A stretch of DNA of 64,000 nt from Tubiluchus corallicola (lineage: Eukaryota; Animalia; Priapulida). The notes below the pieces were generated by a model. That model was not told the origin of the DNA. It was given only the letters and a program-made list of their open reading frames with translations, and made no database searches. The DNA lies in contig JAQGDQ010000244.1 in assembly GCA_030141605.1 (NCBI GenBank), forward strand, positions 62,001 through 126,000, read 5' to 3'. Each line of letters opens with the position of its first letter. Position 1 is the first letter of the stretch. Positions 13,001-22,701 of the stretch are shown here, one piece after another. A program made the position numbers and the translations under genes.

Positions 13001-16000
13001 GCAAACTTTAAAGTTGTTGATAGCATTTTGAATCTGCAGCTAAAAGACTCTTGGTTGGTAAAGTGGCAGTCGTAACTGGAGCGTCGAGTGGCATAGGAGC
13101 AGGAATTGCTCTTCACTTGGCTAGAGAGGGCGCTTTGGTGGCGCTTGCAGCAAGAAGGATCGACAAGCTACTTGAAACACAGAAGCAGATAGAAAGCGAA
13201 GGGGGAGTCGCTGTTACCGTGGAAACCGATGTTACAAGAAGAGATGACGTAAGTTTGAGCAAAAATTGCTAGTTGGGGTGCGGAGGCGACACAGAGACAT
13301 TCTGATCTTTGAATTTTCAGGTGGATGTGTCGCGCACAGTGACCTTTTTAATTTTCAGATTAAAGTTGCACATGTTTTATTCAATTTGAAATGAATTTAA
13401 TTTGCAATTAATGCGTGAATCTGTCGTACAAGCAGTTGTTGAACTTACTTCATTGTGTCAAACATTTTCATTGCTAAAAAGCAATTCTGGCTCTGAGTCT
13501 ACGGAATTTTTTGATTCAATTAAGAACGTTAGCATTTTGCATTCTTTTTATGTCAAAATTTAATTCAACCTAGAACTGTGTCTGCTGCAGTGATGCGATA
13601 AATTGATGCAGTAAGCCATCGACTGCCGATGATAATACATCTTAGCAGGGTTCTTAGTTAAGTTGATATTGTTAAATGGAGCTGCAAAACCATGTGATAC
13701 AGAGTTTGGCACTTTGCCAGGAAATAAAACTTGTACCAGTAAGTCCTCGCTTAACGATGCTAAGGATTTCCAGAAAAATGCGACTTTAAGCGAAACGTCG
13801 TTAGACGAAACCAAGACGTCTATAGAAAGTAATGTAAAAGAATTGAGGTACGTTCCAGAAGCAAAATTCACTGCTGCTTAAATATATGAATTAAATGTTT
13901 TATGGGTTTTATTCGTATTTCTACTAATTACTTTTTTTCTGTTTGCTTGAAACTACCTGTCTTTCTATAATATCTAGCTAAACTTGCTAGCGATTCTCTT
14001 TCCTTGACTTTGAAGCCTACATACAGACAATTCGAACAAGCCTGTATGAAGTGACCTAGAAACAATTTCCTGTAGTACTAACCTACTTGATATAGCAGAA
14101 AAATTTCATTGGCTTAAAATTTAAACTCGGGTGTCTGGAGGTGTATAAATCTGCAAATAGATCTCTCTTGATACAAACAGTTAGAGCAGCTAGAATTTAG
14201 TATGTAGTCCGTCAGGAAATAAAAGCATGATAATAATTGCACTGTTAGCTTACTTATGAATTTTTTGAACAGAATAACGCAATATGTTCCATCTTAATGT
14301 TTCAAATTAATTAAAAAAACGTTGTTGATAAAATGAAAATCGCTGTGAGCAAAGTGAAAAAATCGTTAAAATGAAACATGCATCGCTAGGTGAGAAAAAG
14401 GTGTCAAATGTTCAGCATTGTTAAAATGAAATGTCGCTAAATGCGGAGTCGTTAAGCGAGGACTAACTGTACTAGTAGATTCATGTCAGGAAACAAAACT
14501 TTAACATTTTGGCAAGGTGAAAACAAAACATTTATTGTTAGGAAAGAACATGTGTAGCAAAGGTTTTATCGTCGTTATACGAAGTGTCGTATAACTTGCT
14601 GTAGGGAGTTACGTGTGTAAAAAGTGTCAGAGGGTTATGCAAAACAGGCTCGACACTCAACAAAATGGAAAACATTGCAGTTAGGAGTTCTGAGCAGACA
14701 ACAAATTGGACATCATGCACTTTATATGTATCGAATTGCATTTAGAATAAGCATTATTGGTACAGAATTTTTTTCAAATACTTTACTCAAGAACTCACTC
14801 AACCAGTAATGCAGTACTGTTAAATACTTACTGATACAATACAACATTTTCTTCTGCATGTTGCATTTTTATACGCTACTACATCTTTGCATTTGGTAAC
14901 AGTGACTTGTAGTATTACTTCGCTGTTTTGGAAACTACATAAATAAATCCCACTTCTGACACCACTGAAATGCTTGTCAAGTTCAATAGTCTTTATTGCA
15001 TGTGTGTTGTAATACAGACATTCCTACAAATGGTAAACTGTTTTCCATTACTTTGAAAATGATGACACAAACCTTTAGAGACAGATATAAGTCTTGTTTT
15101 TTTGCAAGAAAAACAATGCTGGGCCAAAAAAGTTTAGGCTTTAATAGTTCAAATCTGTTTTAATGGTCACGTGTTTGAAACTAAAACAGATCGAATATTA
15201 TGAGTTGTGCTGAGTGGTCTTTCTTGTAGGTCAAAAAGCTGATCAGTAAAACAGAGGAAATGCTTGGACCAGTGGACATTCTAGTCAACAACGCTGGAAT
15301 TATGTACTACACGCTGATGTCAAACTTACACCAAGACGAATGGGAGAAACAGGTTGATATCAACTGCAAGGGGGTGCTGAATAGTATTGGGGCTGTTCTG
15401 GGCAGCATGCTACAGCGTGGCCAAGGACACATAGTGAACATTTCCTCAGATGCTGGGAGAAAGGTAAAATAATTCTTATGTTCTTCAGCTAGATAATTTG
15501 TCATACATTTCATTTGCGATTCTTAATTAAACTAGTACAATAATAATTTAATATGTGCTGCCACCTACATTTAAAATTATTTGTTATTGAACTGAGTCAA
15601 GTTTAACTCAGGTTGTGGCCTTGGCACTGCGAAGGCACCCAGCACCTGTGGTTACAACAGAAGACTCAAATGACAAGAAAAGAGGTACCTGAAGTTGGTT
15701 TCACAAAAATCGCCTTAAAATATTATATTACTTTACAGCAATTTTATGCGTATATCGTACTCGCGCTGCAAGGATTTTTTGTTTGTTTTCGTTTTAAATC
15801 TGTACCGACCGCTCCATTACACGACGTCATATACACACAACGTAAAGAGAAGAGAAAATGTTAAAGTATCTCCAAAAAAAGTTATGTTGCTTAGCATTTC
15901 GCTTACCTGCTTGAAAGACTAGAAAAGAAAATCACTGATTGTATAAAATGTTTTCACCAATTGGTAAAACGTCGCTGACTCACCTCCAGGGTGCGCCACT

Positions 16001-18406
16001 CACTATCCAAAAAACGTATTTTTAATCTTATCGGCAAGATACTGTAATTTAAGATTTGGCTTAGTTAGTGATGCGCGCACTACGATTGCTCTGTTTTTTC
16101 AAACTTTACTCAGTGTTATCTAAAGTTCTTTCATATCACTTCTGCGTTAAAATGGCTGTGTATAACAGTCATCGCGGGAGTTTAAATTTACATGTTTTAT
16201 ACAGCATTACTATCAATGCTAGTCCTGTATGCAAAAAGGCAGTGTATTATAAAATTTCAAGAGGAATTTTTTAAGCTTTATGTAAGTGAAGGATTTTCGT
16301 GTGCTGTAAGTAATAGCACCATGATGATTGCTGTGTCAGTGTTATTTTTCTTTTTTCTGCTCATCTCCTAAGTAATTGTTGCTCTTTCTCATACTTACTT
16401 TTTCTCATAAATTTTTCTATATTACACTTTTTGATGCTTATTATTTTTCTTTCCATACTCTCAGTTTTTAACTTTACTCACTAACCTTGGTCAAATTCCC
16501 CTGTTAGTAAGACCCGATTTGAAACTACTACATATAATAGTCCTAATTACTGAATAATTGTATTGTTTTGTTTAGATTTCGGTATCTAACTTTATTATCT
16601 TTTTGCTTTCAGTTCTTTTTGGATAATTTGTATCATTTATACTGTCCTTATTATTATTTTTTTCTTATTTGTTTTTGTTATCTGCAGCATCAATGTTAAT
16701 TTTTAATATACTAATCTATTTATAAGAAAGGGCAGGAGACTAGATGACCCTATGGTCTTTCCCTGCCCTGCTCCATGATTATAATTACTTAATATTTAAA
16801 AAAAAATTGATGTTAAACTAATTGGAGAAAATAAATGTTCTATGTCTATGTCTGTGTCATTTTATCTATTTTCAATGCAGCACGGGAAAAATTACTTTGA
16901 CCATTGCAACTACATCTTGAGCACTGCAACTACATCTCAGTTTTTTACCATTGACTGGCAATATTTTACCACATATGAGAATACACACTGACTCATAGTT
17001 AGAAAGGGAAGTTTGCACTTATTTGCACTTTGTTCCAGGCATTTCCTGGACTTGCTGTTTATTCGGGAACAAAGTTTTTTGTGGAAGGTGTATCGTCAGC
17101 TCTCAGACAGGAAATTGCCAAATCTGGTGTAAAAGTAACATGTATCCAGCCAGGAGACTGCGCAACAGAACTGCTTCAACATACAACTGATACAGAGGTG
17201 TGTAGGAACATTGTGACTAACATTTTTGTGCTTGTACAGCTGGCTTTGCAGACTTGACTTGCCTAATGTCTAATAACTAGAGGATGAAGCTGAGTCAGTT
17301 GCTAGTACATCAGCTGACTCACACAGTAAATCAGCTAGCTTACCTGAAGCTGAGTCACTTGCTGCTACATGAGCTGACTCACACAGTAAATCAGCTAGCT
17401 TGACTGAAGCTCGGTCAGTTGTTGCTACATCAGCTGACTCACACAGTAAATCAGCTAGCTTGACTAAAGCTCGGTCAGTTGTTACTACATCAGCTGACTC
17501 ACACAGTAAATCAGCTAGCTTGACTAAAGCTCAGTCAGTTGTTACTACATCAGCTGACTCACACAGTAAATCAGCTAGCTCGGCTGAAGCTGACTGACTT
17601 TTCAGCTGAGTTGGCTTAAAGAAAAAATCACCTAAGTCAGCTAAAGCTGCGAATTTTTGTTAATTATAAATTGTTAGTTAACTATTAATTATGGAGACAG
17701 ATTTTTTTAAATGATTCATGCTGCTTATACACAGAGAAAAACTGATTCACGAATTCACATAATGCATTAGAGATCAATTTTTATTATTAAAAAAAGCAAT
17801 TGATTTATTGCAAAATATAATTTAAATCCAACTCTTGGCGAGGCTTACCTTGATTACTGACAAATCACCAAAGACCAAAACAATCCCATATGTGTGACTT
17901 ACATTGCCTATTTGTGTATTTACTTTTGAATTGAGCAGCTTTGTCGTTCAAAAATTTCTGAAGTTTAATATGCGTTTGCCATACTTCAACCAGTGATTTG
18001 CAGTGTCACGTGATTATCACGAGCAAAAATCTTCACAGTTGGCCAAAATGTCGGCTAGCTTGCCTCCCATCACTGAGCGGCTGGCGCAACTAAAGCCGGG
18101 TTTCTTATCGGCTAGGTCGACTGTAGAAGTAAACCGACTGGAGCTCAGCTGAAACAGCACGGCTCTAGGCTTTTCTAATAACCGTTTGTGTAAAAAAGCT
18201 CTTTACAATCTGCTGATTTGCATTGAGATTTTTGATATAAAGTTTTTTTTTCTAAATTTCAGGCAAAATCCCAATTCGATGGCAGCAGCTGTTGTAAAAT
18301 TTTAGAAGTGGACGACATTGCTAGGGCAGTTGTTTTCGCCGTTTCTCAGCCGCCACACGTCGGTATTAACGAAATCCTAATTGAACCCAGAGAAGCGCCA
18401 GTTTAG
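1072..18406 (+). CDS. NRPS-like dual-reductase protein, 5'-partial: thioester reductase R1 fused to classical SDR R2 (ATRR / glycine betaine reductase-like)
   Basis: Twelve GT-AG exons with consistent phase: 1072-1207, 2049-2190, 3056-3171, 4779-4864, 6056-6222, 8185-8410, 10337-10486, 12454-12620, 13040-13248, 15230-15463, 17039-17197, 18263-18406 (TAG). R1 motifs: VLLTGATGFLG, IIHAAASVN, ANVFGT, YIST, GYSQSKWVAE, IYRLG, EMTPVNFV. R2 motifs: VVTGASSGIG, AARR, DILVNNAG, NISSDAG, YSGTK, IQPG. About 644 aa lie in the window. Confidence 0.9.
1336..1879 (+). mobile_element. SINE3 (5S rRNA head plus GC-rich, probably RTE-derived body and tail)
   Basis: GC-rich island in an AT-rich intron, flanked by the direct repeat attatcaaca (1326-1335 and 1880-1889). 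The 3' end cactccattgtcttccgagacagaaggatggc resembles RTE-clade LINE ends (from memory). Confidence 0.8.
1338..1456 (+). pseudogene. 5S rRNA-derived sequence forming the head of a SINE
   Basis: 119 nt gctacggcc...ctcgtctgatcaccgaagttaaacaacgtagaacctggttagtacttggatggatgaccacctaggaataccaggtgctgtaggctt. It follows the animal 5S rRNA pattern with several substitutions and has no oligo-T terminator behind it. Confidence 0.85.
2336..2960. mobile_element. Dispersed ~620-bp non-autonomous element, family B
   Basis: Shares ctgagataatcca(c/t)gttgaa...gaggtgcaggctgcac...ccttgagaaaatc and gtgtgcttgca-type termini with copies at ~10527-10890, 32275-32915, 33245-33887, 58410-58890 and 58906-59497. Confidence 0.75.
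3259..4139. mobile_element. Tc1/mariner/pogo-like MITE
   Basis: TA|cagtaggtgccgtttattagactcac ... gtgaatctattaagcgttgcctactg|TA: terminal inverted repeats with TA flanks. Confidence 0.75.
4252..4304 (+). pseudogene. Diverged partial duplicate of exon 4779-4864 (pseudo-exon)
   Basis: Translates ALLGANVLGTVIVIAFV versus ALHGANVFGTENIIAFA in the real exon; the upstream intron (4150-4251 vs 4675-4778) is duplicated as well. Confidence 0.8.
4973..5697. mobile_element. Foldback element with ~230-bp inverted arms carrying a Penelope-type minimal hammerhead motif
   Basis: 4973-5200 is the diverged reverse complement of ~5465-5697; CTGATGA...GAAACGTT at 5603-5635 with a degenerate copy on the opposite arm. 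Confidence 0.7.
5598..5640 (+). ncRNA. Minimal type I hammerhead ribozyme-like motif
   Basis: cca-CTGATGA-t-gaca...tgtc (stem II)-GAAAC-GTT-tgg: both core boxes, a zero-loop palindromic stem III and a short stem I (cca/tgg). Confidence 0.55.
6323..6692. mobile_element. MITE (related copy at ~62933-63393)
   Basis: TIR tcggtttgccggac ... gtccggcaaaccga; the internal sequence is shared with 62940-63390. Confidence 0.7.
8757..9270 (-). mobile_element. LINE (CR1/L2-group) 3' fragment with tctatg tail
   Basis: Minus strand ends ggagactagatgacc...ggtccttccctgcc...aataaatgttctatgtcta; a near-identical inverted copy is at ~16342-16853. Confidence 0.65.
9773..10181. mobile_element. MITE family A (aggggYgta...tacgcNcctg termini)
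   Basis: Core aacaattacttgtggtgtattagaaacact...gcacctgttcattatgtggcac is repeated at ~4309-4590, 30728-31128, 60724-61111 and 61387-61796. Confidence 0.8.
11754..12400. mobile_element. TTAAAG...CTTTAA-bounded non-autonomous DNA element (Kolobok/Crypton-like ends)
   Basis: Starts ttaaaggacaagaaaaggggtacctgaag and ends atgctttaa; homologous copies at ~15667-16309 (same orientation) and 39858-40527 (inverted). Confidence 0.7.
13737..14470. mobile_element. pogo/Tigger-like MITE
   Basis: TIR cagtaagtcctcgcttaacga ... tcgttaagcgaggactaactg; a second, interrupted copy is at 18922-20958. Confidence 0.8.
16342..16853 (+). mobile_element. LINE 3' fragment, inverted twin of 8757-9270
   Basis: Same sequence as 8757-9270 in the opposite orientation, ending aataaatgttctatgtctatgtct. 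Confidence 0.65.
17285..17596. repeat. 60-bp tandem repeat, ~5 copies
   Basis: Unit gctgactcacacagtaaatcagctagcttgactgaagctcggtcagttgttgctacatca recurs every 60 bp; it produces the spurious ORF 17400-17597. Confidence 0.92.
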
Positions 18407-19060
18407 AATTTTTTGTAAAAAGAACTAATTGTGCAACTTGTGAATCTTTCAGTGTGTTAAATAGTTGCTTAACGAAGTTAATTTTTGTAGCAAGCAAAAT
18501 ATGTAAAGAAGAATTTTTAATGTCCTGGGCTAAATGAAACCCTTCATAGACCTACGGGTTAACAGTAATTAGTTACAGTACATACCCAGATTTTTCGCAG
18601 TTAAAAGCTAAAAAAATTGCGACTTGAAATCATTTTCTTTTGCAAGTTTCTAAGCTGTTTAAAATACAAAATGTCTGTTATACATTTTTGAAAATATTTG
18701 TTCTAGTTTTATGTATAAAAGGCAACGGATAATACAGCTGTAAGCATGTGATTACTTTAAGCCATGACGCGAATTACCTTGTAATTTACAGTAACGAGAT
18801 ACTGTCTCGCTGGGAATTGAACTAAATAAGCGTATTTTAGATAATGGTATATTTATAATAATGAGCTTACTGGGTTTTAATACATTGTATCAACTATTCA
18901 AATATCAGAGATTTGGGTATACAGTAAGCTCAACAACGCTAATGCGTTCCAGAAAAATGCGACGTTAAGCGAAACGTCGTTAAACGAAACCAAGACTTCC
19001 GTACAAAGTAATGTAAAACAAGTGAGATACGTTCCAGAAGCAAAAATCAATGCTGCTTAA

Positions 19061-19653
19061 CCCTTTCACTACGGAGTTGCTTTTCAACAGGGTCGCATCG
19101 GCTTTTACACATTTGACAATAACCTCTTGTGGTGTGTTACTAAAACACAATCTTGTAAATAAACAAATAGCCAATTGTTATTAAACACTAATATTGAATA
19201 TTAGTTTTATTTAAACACATGCACACGCATGCGCGCACACATATATACACACGTGCACACCCACACAAATAAGAACATACTTGTATTTAGAAGCCGATTT
19301 ATACAAAAGTCAATATTACTAATGCATGATATGCATTTATTTTATAAGAATGCAGAACAAGTGACTAAACAAGTTTCGCCAACAATCAACAAGTAATTTC
19401 GCATTGGGAGAACACTATACAGTACTCTATCATGGAATGGACCTGGCTTCACATGCTGATTGGCTGGTTAGCATTACTTGTTGCGAAGCAACCCGAATCC
19501 CACGGCTGTTAAACTTTTCTTCATGGCCGTAACAGTGAAATAAACAGACCTGGGTGACTGCGCTTAGAGCTGAGCTTGGGCGGCAGTCTACCGCCTTCCG
19601 TCCCTTGCATGAAAAACATAGGTGGCAGTGTGCTGCCTTCCATAGTAAAAGGG
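19061..19653. mobile_element. piggyBac-like MITE with TTAA TSD
   Basis: TTAA|ccctttcactac...tagtaaaaggg|TTAA; the empty site gctgcTTAAat is seen at ~13873-13883; second copy at 59777-60351. Confidence 0.85.
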
Positions 19654-19707
19654 TTAAATCATGTAAATTATACGTTTTATGGGCTTCATTCATATTTCTA
19701 CTGATTA

Positions 19708-20390
19708 CCGTATATACTCGCATATAAGCCGAATTTAGAACTATAAAATACAATACTAAAATCAGGGGGTCGGCTTATATGCGCATGAAACAAAATGAAC
19801 ACAAGGACAGACACTAATGCCAATTTTCCAGCCACACATTTTCATCGCTATCTGACTCTTTACTTGGTTGTGTGTCACCAGTGGTGTATTGGAGGGGGAT
19901 CGTGGGGGATCGCCGTCCACCCACTTTTTTTTAGAAAAAATTCACATTTCAATAAATGTCTGCTTTTTGTATTCATTACGATGAGAGTCAGACGATGAGG
20001 GTGGTAGTGACAATGATTTTGAAGGTTTCTAATTATTTTTAACACTACGTTAAATTATAAACAGAAATGTTATAATTTTTTGTGAATAAATAGAAAACAA
20101 AATATTTTCTTCTTTATTCATATCAAAATGTATAATTTCTTCTATTTCTTCTAGTATGTAACATAAAAGTAAGCATTTTACATCTTTATAGTAAAAAATT
20201 TCTATGAACCAAAAATACCCAATTAACAAAATGTGACAAAAAGGGATCAATTTTGTTGATTGGGTATGGAGTAAAATTAGACAAGTTGATGGTCGGCTTA
20301 TATACGGGTTTTTGCAAAAACTGGCCATTTTAAAGCAGTTTTAGGGGGTCGGCTTATATGCGATGTAGGCTTATATGCGAGTATATACGG
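19708..20390. mobile_element. Tc1/mariner-pogo MITE with TA TSD
   Basis: TA|ccgtatatactcgcatataagcc ... ggcttatatgcgagtatatacgg|TA, a perfect 23-bp TIR. Confidence 0.88.
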
Positions 20391-21655
20391 TAATTTCTTT
20401 CTGTTTAATTGAAATCACCTGTCTTTCTATAATATCTAGCTAGACTTGCTAGCAGTTCTCTCCTTACTGTTGAAGCCTATATATAGACAGTTAGCAGTTA
20501 AATACTGCGTAGTGAAGGCCAAGCTGCATGAAGCTTCTTGAAACAATTTTATGTTGTACTAACATGGTTGTTATAGCAACGGCTAGGTTGCAGACAAAAT
20601 TCCTTGGCATAAAGTTTAAACTCGGGCGTCTGGAGGCGTATAAATTGGCAAATAGATCTTGCTTGATACAAACAGCTAGAATTTAGTACATAGTCAGTAA
20701 GGAAGTAAAAGCATTATAAGAATGGCTCTGTTTAGTTTACTAATGTACTTTTAGAACAGAGTAATACAATATGTACTATTTTGATGCTTCAAATTAGGCA
20801 AAAAATGTTGTTGATAAAATAAAATTGGCTGTGAGCCATCGATGAAAATCGTCGTTAAAATGAAACATGCGTCATTAAGTGAGAAAAAGGTGTCAAATCT
20901 TCAGCGTCGTTAAAGCGAAACATCGATAAACGGGGAGTCGTTAAGCGAGGACTTACTGCATTAAGTTATTATATTAGTAATCTCACAAATTAGTAACCAG
21001 CACTCAAAGATACTCAGGCCTCAGCCAACTAGTGGCGGTATCTTAGCAATCATGTGTACGTCCTCCCGCAGTGAAAGAAATAATCGAAGAAAGTACACCA
21101 GCCACATAAAATTACCAACGACTTGTTTTCATGGCAATCACCAATCCATTTGCTAACCTGGCCGAGCATTGCTCAAATTACCAGCTAAGAATACACACAC
21201 ACACACATGCACAACTGTTTGCTACTTTTCTTGTATCCTAAAACAGTAATAAGTATATAAATATATGACACAAACAACATCTGTACGTGTCACATGCTTG
21301 GAGCCTGAAAACTGATAGACTGGTTTCCTATTGCAACAAAAAATGTTGTTGTACAAAAAGAATTTATTTTGTAATAATTTCAGTTACCCAACAGAACAGA
21401 TATTTCTCATTGTTTGTTTTTGGCAGCCCACAGTGTTAAAATGTTATAAAGTACATTTTGCTTACGACTCGACATAACATTTCTAAAATATTTTCGTTCT
21501 TGACGTCGGACAATTTGAAAACGAATTAACGAACTGTCAGCTCTGGTGATACCAAAATAAGCACATTTACACCTGTACTTAGAATTTATGCACAGTTTTG
21601 AGATAAATGCACAGCCCTAAAAAACCAAAAATCAATGAGGAACTGTAGCCTAAAG

Positions 21656-22610
21656 ACAAATGTCTAATTAGTGTTCCATTTGAAAAAATAGGACAGCAGT
21701 GCCCTCTAGGGAATACAGTAAACTCTGCATAACTCAAATCCAGTCGAACCGAAAAAAAACTTTTTGAGTTAGGCGATGTTGATCATTTTCCAGGATATAA
21801 ACTCTAAACCCCTCCTCCCGACGGCGAGCTAAACAGAAGGTAGAAAGTCAACCCTTCTATACATAAATGACGAGATTCGATGACAATTACATAAATAATA
21901 ACAAATTATGTAGTGAAACATGATTTTTTTATGTTGCAAAACGACAGGTACTTTCAAATTCTTGAATGCTCATGGTTTGGCGTCGTTCTTGCCTATAAAT
22001 AGCAATGGCAGTTTATCCGATGCTTGTATGTTCGATACGACCAGCAAAGCCACTCGCGATTTAGGTTATTCCTTGCCATGGCGAGCTGGACCCACAAATC
22101 CGAGTGAGAATCCTCTGGCAACCATCTAGAATAAACCAGTTTCATCAGCATTATAGGTGTTTTCACGTCGCCAACTGAGACGTCCCGGAAAGATCGATCC
22201 CAGAGAAAATAATAAACAATAGATCTTAGATCGATCTAAGAAAAAGAATTTTCCGAGAAGACGATAGTGTTTTTCACTTGTAAGAAATTGTTTGTCAGTT
22301 TCAGCTCTAGAGTATAAATTGCATTTTTAAGTTAGGCAAAGTAAATTACGTGTATTTTGATTAAATGGACCACCATTTTTTATTTTAGTTAGCCAAATTT
22401 TTAGTTATGCGATTTTGAGTTAAGCGATGTTTTTTGTGGGAAAAATGAAGAATTTCATCAGTTTTGCTGAATTCTTTGAGTTAGGTAAAATTTTTAGTTA
22501 TGCGATTTTGAGTTAAGCGATGTTTTTGTGGGAAAAATGAAGGATTTCATCCGTTTTGCGGAATTCTTTGAGTTAGGCGAAAATTTGAGTTACGCGATTT
22601 TGAGTTTGCT
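21656..22610. mobile_element. MITE in the ING 3' region
   Basis: TA|cagtaaactctgcataactcaaat ... atttgagttacgcgattttgagtttgctg|TA with subterminal ttgagttaRgcga repeats. Confidence 0.7.
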
Positions 22611-22701
22611 GTAGCTAGTGAAACGGTTTTGTCTTGCTAACTTAAACATACCATTATTTACAGACCTTCACGAAAAACAGTAAAATATCAAGAAACTAAT
22701 G

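Larger units (their letters stand above)
18922..20958. mobile_element. pogo-like MITE (family of 13737-14470) containing two nested insertions
   Basis: Collinear with 13737-14470 once 19061-19653 and 19708-20390 are removed. Confidence 0.8.

Noticed and set aside
13040-18406. Stand-alone SDR gene
   Set aside because: No ATG (the ORF track start is TTG); it begins at a splice acceptor in phase with the upstream R1 exon.
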